Assembly: GCA_004431415.1 (NCBI GenBank)
Contig: QPMI01000510.1
Location: 128,219-192,218, forward strand
Length of the DNA: 64,000 bases
Origin: Cyanophora paradoxa CCMP329
Taxonomy: Eukaryota > Plantae > Glaucophyta
Reading direction: 5' to 3'
This document shows positions 36,901 through 47,479 of the stretch, piece after piece (position 1 is the first letter of the stretch; each line of letters begins with the position of its first letter). Position numbers and translations under genes: made by a program. The notes below the pieces were generated by a model. That model saw only the letters and a program-made list of their open reading frames with translations, had not been told where the DNA came from and did not search any database.

Positions 36901-38118
36901 AGCTTGAAGTAAGGCTTAATCGCTCACAGCAGCCCCATGGCAAGCACTTCTGGTGCCCCTGCCAGCAACTGCGCTCATTATAAACTCAAGGTCTGAATCC
37001 TGACGAAGCGAAAGCCTCCGACAGCAAGAAAATGAAGAACGCACGGCTCTCCGACACCTAAATATCGCGATCAGTCACGCAGAAGGACCTAAAATTAGTC
37101 GCGAAGAGCGAAGCACTGAAGCAAAACCGCACTTGAATAGGCTGGGCAGCACAAGCAACACCGTTTCATTTTCTCGAACTCCGCAGTGAAGAGCAGATCG
37201 TAGCAGCAGTGCGCTGCGAGGGATCGGATCAGAGTGAGCTCGGGTCGCACTGGTTTAAGCCAAGATCGCATGCAGACCGCCGCAGTCGCAGTAGCAATCG
37301 CACATGCAGATCCTCCTCATCTTGAGGGCGTGGGGCCACCACTGCAAGCGGACGCCTCGGTGGACGAGCCAGAGCGCCAGGGGCGGGCGCACTGCGGCAA
37401 TTTATATTACCTTATTTTGTATCATGTGCGACTTCTCTTCAATCTCCTTTCTAGTGTGCTCCTGGCTTGCCTCGTCGACAAACAGGCTCTGTGCGGAACG
37501 CATGCGCGGTGTTCATATACAAGCTTAGGGCAAAGAGCAAGCATGAGTCGAATTTTTAATCGAACGGCCGCGGTAAACCGGCGTTGAGCTACCGTAGTAC
37601 CTTAAGTTTCTTCCTCGGAATGTATGTGTAAATTCCAATGAGCTCCTCTCCTGCAGTGCTTGGTTAGGATCAGACAACTAATGATCAATGCATTGCAGGC
37701 TACGTATACGCCAATGTACCTGGGAGCATAATCGGGGTGTCTATCCCGAACCTGCACACAGTGATCATGATCAGTTGCAATCGAGCTCGAAACTTAGCTA
37801 TAGGTTGTATCGGAAACTGGCCGCGGAACAATAGCTAGCTATTCTAGATCTAGCACTCAGCAATGTATATGCGGCACGCACTTGGCCTCGGTTTCAGGGA
37901 TCCAGCTGGCATCCACGGGGAAGAGTTTGATGCCGGAGACTGGCGCCCCCGCATCTTCTTTCTCCAAGCTCTGCGCCTGCTCGAGCCTGCGCATGCACAT
38001 GTACACGGGCGATGCCGATCGCGATCGCGGCAGTCAGCTGCGCGCCATGGCCTGCACGACTCCAACAGTGCGCACGCGGGCACGCGCACTTCTCTTTAAT
38101 CTCATCGTAGCTGGCCAT
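34000..38118 (-). CDS. Multi-exon hypothetical gene in the lower-GC, probably mobile region
   Basis: Consecutive GT-AG introns join in frame: MASYDEIKEK|LEQAQSLEKEDAGAPVSGIKLFPVDASWIPETEAK|FGIDTPIMLPG|EELIGIYTYIPRKKLK|SLFVDEASQEHTRKEIEEKSHMIQNK|WWPHALKM.... Later acidic/basic exon (DEDYDEDDDLDEDDKKGKR). Downstream structure uncertain. Confidence 0.45.
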
Positions 38119-38326
38119 CGCGCTGCGCCCGTACGCGTGGTGTGGCCGCTGCCGGCGCCGCTATATCGACGCCGATCGTGATCTGCAGCTGGATAGCTAT
38201 AGCTCAGGCGTCTATAGCCGCTGAGCTACAAGGCCGTACGCGTGGCGGGACGCGCGATACAACTGCTCTAGATCTAGAGCTCTGGCGCGGTTGGGCTGCA
38301 CTGGGCGCGTCCGATCGCGACTCGTG

Positions 38327-38890
38327 AGTACTAGTCGTGCCAGGCTAGAGTACCGTAGTACTGACTCTACTACTGAGTACCACGGTACCGCAGGACTCGT
38401 ACCGTAGTGCCGTAGTTACGGCGTAGTACCGACTCGGCGACGTACTACTAGTATGACTACCGTAGTTACAGCGTAGTACCGTATACGTAGTACCGTAGTA
38501 CGGCGCCGGCGTACTACGGTACTACGTATACGTATATACGTATCATAGTATACGGTATATACGTAGTACCGTAGTACCGTTCCGGTAGTCTACTACTGTA
38601 CGGTACTCAGTACTACTGATCAGTAGTACTCACTGAGTCAGGCTATCATAGTATAGCTACGGCAGAATCCGGGCGCCCCCGCGGCCGGGGCCCGGCACTG
38701 GGCCGGCAGATCCCGGGAGTCCGCCGCCGCCGGCGTTGGCGGACTAGTACTACGGGCCAGACCACCGGTACAGTGCGGTACGTATACTACGGTACCGTAG
38801 TACTACGGTACGGCCTGCGCAGGCTGCGCTGCCAGTGCTGCGCATCTGGGCCGTGAATCCCCGTGATCTGGCATTACCGTACTATCGCGC
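38327..38890. repeat. Palindrome-rich low-complexity tract (GTAC/AGTACT/TACGTA with a GGCC/CCGG core)
   Basis: Dense overlapping gtacta/tagtac/cgtagtaccgta words; no ORFs called here. Confidence 0.8.
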
Positions 38891-38927
38891 AGGCTCAGCG
38901 GCTGCGCATGCGCATCATGCCATGGCA

Positions 38928-39130
38928 TACCGTGTAACACTTAAAATGCGCGCACTTAATTATTGCGCCCCCAATTTAATGCGGAAATCCTGGAAATCCT
39001 GGCGAAAATAAATCCGCCAGCGTCTTGATTTCGCCTCTCCGCGACCTTCGCCATAGACGGGGCAGCCGCTCGTACCCCTTTTCCTGTACAAAGGCTTAAT
39101 TCGCCAGCGTCAAATATTTGCCAGCGCTTC
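38928..39130 (+). mobile_element. Possible DNA-transposon terminus (TA|CCGTGTAACACTTAAAATG) with internal CGCCAGCG repeats
   Basis: A TA+CCGT start is typical of pogo/Tc1-mariner ends, and (a)attcgccagcg-like words recur. No partner end was found in the window. Confidence 0.3.
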
Positions 39131-39372
39131 GCGCTATACGCGTACGCGATTCGCGAGTCAATTAAAAATTGCAATGATCATGAATCATGATATCGATTAT
39201 GATGGATACAGAGATCTATAGCTAGATGCCATCGGTATATATACATATATATAAATATTATAATTCTCGAGCTCGCGATCCAACGTTAACATAATTTAAC
39301 AAATATCCTTTGCAAGCTAGATTTAAAAAAAGATCTTCCAAGAGAAAAAGGATCTGTTCCACGTGCACGTGG

Positions 39373-39425
39373 TCTGTGCACGTCAAGAAAAAGATCTGTG
39401 CACGTCAAGAAAAAGATCTGTGCAC
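39373..39425 (+). repeat. 22-bp tandem repeat (tctgtgcacgtcaagaaaaaga), ~2.4 copies
   Basis: Direct inspection. Confidence 0.8.
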
Positions 39426-41334
39426 ATCTAAACGATTGCTACGATTCTCGGGGTTGAATGCATATGAAAGCGTTGCTGTCGACACGAAAATTCCGTTCAG
39501 AGTCGCGATCGCGAATCTCTTCGATTGTGCTCATTGGTTCGCCAGCATGACTCAAGCCCCCCGAAGATCTCCCCGAAATGCTAGCTGATATTCACGATCA
39601 GCACAGCACGCCGGCCCCACAGGGGCCGCGCCGGCGGCTGCATATTATACAACAAATATATGCAGTTAACCGTATATTACCAAATATATAAATCTTTTAC
39701 TCAAGACTTGCGTGACCTCACGGTCTTTGTGATTGGCCAGGCGCACGTGTGCCTCACGTGTGTTGCCTATCATCACTACCCCCCGCCTACGTTCGCCCAA
39801 ACTTTCCGCCCGGCTAGCTCGCTCCGCTCGCTCCAGCGCTCGGCCTGCGCGCGCTCCGCGTGCTCGGGAAGCATGTGCGACGCTCTCGCTTGCTTGCCGC
39901 CGCCCGCCGCAGACAAACGCTCCTCGAAGGCGATCCTGCGGCGCGCGTCTTCCGTCAACGCTCTCCCCGTGCTTTAGATGCGTGTACCAAGCTATAGACG
40001 GGCCGGAGCGCCAGGCCTGCCGCTGGATCGGTCCCGGTTGTTCGAATCGCGGTTTCCGCCCATCCGGCGCGGTTTCGCCGCCCCGGTGCCGCTCGTGCTC
40101 CTGGGTGCGATTCTCCATCCTTGTGCATGCATTAGAACGCGGTCGTATGCCCAGAAAGAGTGCCGCCCACGCGAAAGAAAGGTCGAGGTGCCTTGGACAC
40201 GGGCCACACGGGCGGGCGCTACATACAAGGGGGGGCCGGGCGAGCGGTGCCAGAAGCTAGTAAACATGCCTACGAACGCCTCGGAATGGCGCTGCGTGCG
40301 ATTCCGGCCCGGGGCCGCCGCCGAGGTGAAGGACCGCGCCTGGGTGGTGGTGGTGGTCCATCAGGCGGCGGCGAAATGGTCGCAGAAGAGAACGGAAAGG
40401 AAGTATAGCACCTGTACATCAAGAAACGACGATGCGCAGCCGGCGAGCGAGCCCCCCGTCGTCAGGCGGCCGAGGAACAGGGAAGTACTGCAGGCGCGGT
40501 TAGCAATAGCAACAGATTCACACGAGCGATTTGCCTACCATGCAAGGGAGAGCTTCAAAACCTTGATGCGCATAGGGAAGAACGCTTGCTGTGCATGGGA
40601 ATTGCACACTTGCGGCGGGTCAGGAACTGTTCAAAAACCTCGGTCAATGGCACAAGTCGCCCCAGGGCGGGTAGCGCGGGCGCTCCAAGGCGCACCCGCA
40701 TGATTGCATATACTTTCTTATGTCAGCGCACCATGTCCCGAGGCCGCAGTGAGGCGCTCCTCGCATCGGATGTTGCTGCTCTGTCTCGTGCGGGTCAACT
40801 ACGGAATCGCGGACATGGCGAATGTGGTTTCTGATATCGATAGCGTACCTGTAACCGAGCTGGACTCGTCCGGCGCAAATCGCTCGTGTAGCCGTGGGAA
40901 CTGCTGACTAACTGCCGTAACCGCCCAGGTCTAGGGGACGCTCGGCCCGCTAAGGCATCCTTCTGGGTGCGCTAACAGTGATGCTGGTGCGCTTCGCCGC
41001 TCAGGCTGCTCAGGCCGCTCGCTGCCACGCACAAGGTCGCCGGGGTACGAGCGCGAACGAGAACTCGCCGTACCCACAAAGTTGAGTTGGAATTTGCATA
41101 CTACGGCGAGTCGAGTCAAAAAGTCCGAGTCAAAAACTCGAGCGATTTGCCTGATTGGTCAAAAAGGACTCGGAATTACTCAATGCACCGGCGCAGGTCC
41201 TGTTGGACCGGCGTGCTGTGCAGGCGACATCGATTCAGGAAGATCTTTTTGTCCTTGGTAAAATCTCCCCCGAAATGCTAGCGCCAAGTTCCAAGGTTCC
41301 TCCAAGATTTTATCAGTTTGAACTACGAAGTTCT

Positions 41335-42050
41335 ACTAGTAGTAGTGTATTTAACAATGTCGATCGGCGAGTCCGGCCGGCCGGGGCGGCGCCGGCCGCC
41401 GGGCGGCGCCGGCCGGCCGCGGCCCGGCCCGGCGGCGGCCCGCCGGCCCGGCGCCGGGCCGCCGGCTGGCGGGGCCCGCCGGGCCGCGGCCGGCGCCGGC
41501 GGGGCCCGGGCCCGGGGGTCACGGCGGGGCCCGCGGCCCGGGGTGCCGCCACCGTGCCGGCCGCGTACTACCACTGTCTACCAGTGGCGGCGCGTAGGCT
41601 GCGGCGTTAGCCTAGCACTAGTAGTATCATATCATATATAGTCACTGAGTATGCCATATCGCATACTAGATACCCGGTAGTAGAACACATGCCTTGATGT
41701 ACTACGGTACTAGGGGCGGTACACCGACGTACTACGGTAACCGTTCTACGGTAACCGACGACTCAGTGACTAACCGTACGCGTTCAACACCGCAGCGCCC
41801 GAGTACTAGTAGTACTAGTACTACGGTACGGCGAGTACTAGTCTGCCAGTGTTCAACGGTTACACTAGTACTAGCCTAGTAGTACTGCTGTAGTAGTACT
41901 CATGATCAGTGAGTCGACAGTGACTGTGACACGCTAACACCGTGGCACTGTGAGCTCGAGTCTGTGACAGTAAGCGCAAACTGCGATCGCGACTCTCAAG
42001 AGTCTACAAGCTGTGTACAGTAGCCTGCGTAGGCTACTAGGCTAGCCTGC
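41335..42050. repeat. Palindrome-rich low-complexity tract (CCGG/GGCC block, then GTAC/AGTACT block)
   Basis: 41370-41565 is almost pure ccggcc/ggcc; 41565-41900 is agtactagt/ggtac-rich. Confidence 0.8.
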
Positions 42051-42802
42051 CGCAGTGCGAGAGCCTCGGACTCCGGGAGACACGCGTACGGCCGCACAGC
42101 CGAGCACATCCTCGCGATCGCGATCGGGCCCACCGGTACCGTACGCGTGCAAGCCTAGAAGACCGCCATCGAAGTCCAAGTCTCGGCGTAGCCTAGTATA
42201 CGTGCACGTGTGCCTCGCGAAATGGGCTGCTGTTCGTGCAGCTGCAAGCGGCCGCATATCGCCCTGCCTCCGCCGGAGGCGGCTCGGCTTGACCGCAAAA
42301 CTATGTCGATGGCCGGCATTCATCACACGAGATTCGGTGGCGGTGCTGATTACGAGGCGAAACCCAAGGTGCGAATCGCGATCGGCACATGCACGCATCG
42401 CGCGTGGCATATGCATGCATATGCATGTCGCCTGTATACGTACATATGCATGTGCATGCATATGCGCATCATGATCACGGCATACATATTTGCATGCGCG
42501 TGTACAGCTGCCGCAATTTTGCAACGTCGGCGCCTCGAGCTCATGATAATGATCATGATCACAATACTGATATATAATCGGATCATGATCATGCATTTGA
42601 TCACATTCACATCAATATTTAATATAGTAAATATATATCCACTTGCACGCAATATATTCAGTCGCAATCGTCATTGCAACATATCGCGATCGATCGATTA
42701 TATAATTACGCATGCCCGTGCATGCGCACGTGCGCATATACATGCTCATGCTGCAGCTAACCGCGAATCGGATCAACTGCACCGCAGGCCCCTGGGCCAT
42801 CT

Positions 42803-44668
42803 ATGAGCTTGCCCGAGTGGAGGGCTGCAAGGAGGTCGAAGCCGCACAGCCGAGAAGTTCGCGTCTTTCTGTCCTCCACCTTCCAGGATACACAGGAGGA
42901 ACGTGCGCGCTGCAGCTGCCGCGCGCAAAGAGCTCGCCGAGTCGAGCAGCATGCTGAAAATGGTTCGCGGGCGCACGCAGGCGACATGGCCCGCGACCTC
43001 GTCACGCCAGAGTTGAAGGCGCTGTGTGGAGCCAGGGGCCTCTTCTTCCATCTGGTCGATTTGCGGTGCGCGCGCGTGGACGTCGACGCATGCATTTGTG
43101 TGAATTCGAAGGCTTTCACGCATTTTCCTAATCGATGAACTGCGCCTGAACCAGGTGGGGGATCACGGAAGACTCTGGGGGCGACTGCCAGACGCTCAGG
43201 TCAGCGGTATTGTCGAAGCATTGATCTTATCCGTATATACGATTCGAATTTCCAAGGTTAACGTTGGCGCTCAGGCTGTGCCTCGACGAAGTTCACCGAA
43301 GCATTTATTTTGTAATTTCTCTCCTCTTCCCCTTCATGTTAGCTTTTAAATTTCCCTCACGGTACCGATCATTCAGGTCGGAATGATGAAGGGCCGTTAC
43401 GGTGCTTAAATTTCATTTTTCATGAAGAAGCTATAAAAAACGAATTTGAATCTGATATTGTTCGCGCACGGCTCATGATATCGATCACATGTACACGATC
43501 CTGTGATCATGACTCTAGGATGGAACGGCAACCCGACCAGGGTACGCGCCCGCGGAACTCGCCCTTTATTGAAGCACGTTCTTACAAGGATGCGTGCACA
43601 CTTCTCCGATACCTGTCTGCAGAGATACAAGGACAGCGACACGTCGAAGGCGGCCAAGGACGAAATCGACAATCTGAGAACATATGCTGAGTACGCCGAA
43701 TTTTCTTCAGTGAGACTACTACTTCGACTGAGAACAATGCATGTAGAAATATCTCCGTTGCAGAGCAACAATACCCCTGGGTGCGTCAGTACAAAGAAAA
43801 GAGCGCAACGGAGCTCGAGATACGTTTGGGGGTCCTGAACAATGCGGAGGTTCGAGCCGGCAGCGCGAGCTCCGGGCGTTCCTGCGCGCTCACGATCGCG
43901 TCTGCATTTTGCAGGCTAAACGAGATTACACCGTTTTCTATTTTTCATCTGCGGCGCTTACGCACGAATCGTTGAAGAAAGCACCAGCAGACCAAGCCGA
44001 GGGAGATAGTGAGCGCAAAGCGCTCCAAGCGCTCAAGGATGAAATCCGGAGCAAGGTGGGGTCCACAGTCGTCGAGTACTCAACTCCCCAAGAGCTCTGC
44101 AAAGACATGACCGCCAAACTCAGACAGGTGCTTTGTCTATTTGGTGGTCCGCTCTACGTCCTTTTATTGATTACAAGCACTTGCCGTGCAATTCGACAGA
44201 TGATAAATCGAGACTTCCCGATAGATTCTCTGCCTTCATGGGTTTGCCAAATTTGTGGATTCGCGATCGGCCGAATCTTCGTTGACTTTCTGTACACGCG
44301 GCTGCGCAGCTCGACCAGGAACGGGCGTCCCATGACGCGTTTGCGACTCCGCTCCAGCGAGTGTTTGTGGAGGATCGGGACAGCATGGATTACTTGAACC
44401 AATACGCGAGGGGGCAGTACTCCAACATCCTCGTCGTCCAAGGCGAGAGCGGATGTGGAAAGAGCGGTACGCCCCCGGCCGCGGGCCCCGCAACTCGATT
44501 TCCTTCTTGCCTCTTACTGCTACTCGCGGCAGCTCTCCTCGCGAATTGGGCCGAGCGCTGGGCGCAATCCAACCAGACGGACCTCACGATCATGCACTTC
44601 CTCGGCGGCTCCGACAAGAGCGCCTACATCTCGTCCATCTTCCGGCGCGTGGGGGAGGAGGTCAAGAC
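42803..44668 (+). pseudogene. DUF4062 + NACHT/STAND NTPase gene (TEP1/NPHP3/TTC41-like), interrupted by a CACTA insertion
   Basis: REVRVFLSSTFQD...ER, VDLR|WGI, CLDEV, GRYG, SATELEI, ERASHDAF and Walker A GESGCGKS|ALLANW...HFLGGS. The coding frame runs into CACTG at 44669, before Walker B. Confidence 0.85.
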
Positions 44669-44885
44669 CACTGGGAGCCAGAAATTAAGTTTACCATATG
44701 GTAAACTTAGGGTGTGGTAAAGTTGTGCTGTTTGCGTTACACCACTGTAAAGTCACCAGGGTAAAGTCGCCGGGGTAAAGTCAGGGTGGTAAAGTTGTGA
44801 AAAGCGGGGTAAAGACGTCGGTGTAAACTCGCCGAGGTAAAGTTGGCGAGGTAAAGACGTCGGGGTAAACTCGCCGAGGTAATGT
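44669..44885 (+). repeat. Left TIR and subterminal repeat array of the CACTA element
   Basis: CACTGGGAGCCAGAAAT, then a perfect 24-bp palindrome TAAGTTTACCATATGGTAAACTTA (44686-44709), then (G/T)GTAAA(G/C) at mostly ~14-bp spacing to 44884. Confidence 0.85.
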
Positions 44886-45119
44886 TGGTTTCGGTGCAGC
44901 GGTTCACTTTTTTACGTTTTTTTTGCTTTTTTTTATTTTTTCTGTAAAAGCTATCTATAGCAGCCCATCTTCAAGCGATACTGCGCGCGAGCTCTATCCT
45001 AGAGCTAGCTAATCGGTTTGATGAATGCTTCGTATTCCTGAAATCTGCAGCTGGGACGGAATTCTTCTTATTTGCGTGCGCATGCGGACTGGCGGGATGC
45101 GCACCAGCCTGGCAGGTCA

Positions 45120-46515
45120 TTAATCAAGCTCATCTCCACCAACCTGGCTGCGGTGCGTAGTCATCTCCTCCTCGTCCGACGACAAGCCGGACTCATCCCC
45201 ATCAGGAATATTTGATGCCACTGCTGCAGCTGATTTCCCTGTGGCAAGTGTGACCAGCAGGTCCAGTGGCTCTGAACGTGATGAAGATCCTTGCTGAAGT
45301 GTCACGTCCATTGCAGTCTCCTCCTGCATCATGATGTTGCAGCAGCGACACAAGGAGAGGAGAGTTAAAGAATGAACGAACCAGGAGACGGACATTAGCG
45401 TCCTTGAAGAAGCGACCGTAATCGGCAGTCGCTCTTTCGAACTCGGGATTCTGAACGCGATGGAGCGAAGAATCGGCTTCAAATCGGCGCGCGATCTCTG
45501 CCTCATCAGCCTCGTTCTGTCGATGCCGAGATTGCTGCTCGGCCTGCTCAGCCTGAAGCTTCTTCATGTCCTCATCATTCGAATTCTGACTGTCTTGGCT
45601 GGCTGCGTTCGACTTTGCTCTCATCTCTTCCTCCTCCAGCTGCCTCTTGTCCTTCCGCTCTTCCTTTTCGGCTTCAAAGGCGTCGCGGTACACCCATTGC
45701 TCAATGACCCAGTCACCAGGCACATGAATCTACGGAATCATGAGTCAAAGTGCTAGCCGTCCAGTATTTTCATATACTTCTTACCACGTCACTGCGACTC
45801 TTTGCCAGCAAATCGTGCAGCTTGTTGCTTGAGCCGAATCCGAGCTTATCAGCGACCAAAGTCGGTGGCGTCGGCGAAACTCCAAGCCAGTATGCCCTGA
45901 ACAAAAGACGTCAAACATGTCGCGGATTTTTGCATTATTGATGCGCAATCACATCATATCCTGATCCGCGACTGTGTCTTTCAGAGGAGTATACACTTCC
46001 GTAGGATGGATACTCTTGAAGATCGTATTCTTGCAAGCATGGCGCGTACCTGCATTGGAAAATCATAAACATAATGCTTGATTGCGAGAAAGACAACAAT
46101 TGAATGGCGCACGACCCCCAAACATGAAATGGCCTGGCTTCGTGCGGAATCCGAGGAAAGCGGGAACAAGGAAGCCTTTCTCGGTCTTCTCCCAGTGCGT
46201 AACGAGAACGCCGCCAGGGGTCCGTTCCTCGAGTTTGTACTCCAGCCGGAGTTCAGTACGAATAGCGTCTTCTGACCAGAAGGGGGGCTCGGCCTCGTGC
46301 ACTTTTCCAGATCCAGATCCCGGAGATCCCGGCTGGCGGCGGGCGGCTGAAACGGGGAGTTTGACGAGGACCCGCTGATTCCGCTCCCCATTCGCCTCGT
46401 TGTGCACTTTCTGAGAGTCGAATTCCAACTCGTCTTTGAGCTTGAGAGCAGCTAGCACATCGCGACGGATTCGCTGGTCTTCCGTCTTGCTTCGCTTGGC
46501 TTTCGGAGCCTCCAT
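45120..46515 (-). CDS. Element-borne hypothetical gene A with a charged coiled-coil region; may be the 3' part of gene B
   Basis: MEAPKAKRSKTEDQRIRRDVLAAL..., WVIEQWVYRDAFEAEKEERKDKRQLEEEE... and ...GGDELD*, joined by GT/GC-AG introns. Confidence 0.5.
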
Positions 46516-46790
46516 CTGCGGCATATGCAAGTCAATAAGCGGCATATGCAAGTCAATAAGCAGACATATGCAGCCGGCAAGTTTCACCCACACCGCCAAT
46601 GTCGAACTGGAATTCAGCGAATCGTGATCAGCCCCCCCCCCCCCCCCCCCCCCCCCCGAAAGAGAAAATCCCGAAAGAGAACCCTCGAAAACCGCATGAC
46701 AAAATAAGAAGTGCAAAACGCTCGCAAAGCAAAAGCGCAAAGCGGCAATTGAGACGCAAGTGAATTCGCAAATGTGACTTGAGCGACTGC

Positions 46791-47471
46791 GTCCATCTCG
46801 AACACCTAGCTGCACCGGTCAGGTTGCCGGGTTCCGGACCTGCCCGTGCACGTGTCGACTTCCTCTCTTTGCAGAGGCCCGGGCGTACGCCGTCCATCTC
46901 GAACACCTAGCTGCACCGGTCAGGTTGCCGGGTTCCGGACCTGCCCGTGCACGTGTCGACTTCCTCTCTTTGCAGAGGCCCGGGCGTACGCCGTCCATCT
47001 CGAACACCTAGCTGCACCGGTCAGGTTGCCGGGTTCCGGACCTGCCTGTGCACGTGTCGACTTCCTCTCTTTGCAGAGGCCCGGGCGTACGCCGTCCATC
47101 TCGAACACCTAGCTGCACCGGTCAGGTTGCCGGGTTCCGGACCTGCCCGTGCACGTGTCGACTTCCTCTTCTCTTTGCAGAGGCCCGGGCGTACGCCGTC
47201 CATCTCGAACACCTAGCTGCACCGGTCAGGTTGCCGGGTTCCGGACCTGCCTGTGCACGTGTCGACTTCCTCTCTTTGCAGAGGCCCGGGCGTACGCCCT
47301 CCATCTCGAACACCTAGCTGCACCGGTCAGGTTGCCGGGTTCCGGACCTGCCCGTGCACGTGTCGACTTCCTCTCTTTGCAGTCGACTTCCTCTCTCTGC
47401 AGAGGCCCGGGCGTACGCCGTCCATCTCGAACACCTAGCTGCACCGGTCAGGTTGCCGGGTTCCGGACCTG
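46791..47471. repeat. 101-bp tandem repeat array (6 full units plus a partial)
   Basis: Units start at 46791, 46892, 46993, 47094, 47198, 47299 and 47420; near-identical, with one +3 and one +20 length variant. Confidence 0.95.
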
Positions 47472-47479
47472 GCTCTGTC

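Noticed and set aside
46791-47471. CRISPR-like array
   Set aside because: Units are identical along their whole length with no variable spacers, no cas genes are present, and the context is eukaryotic.
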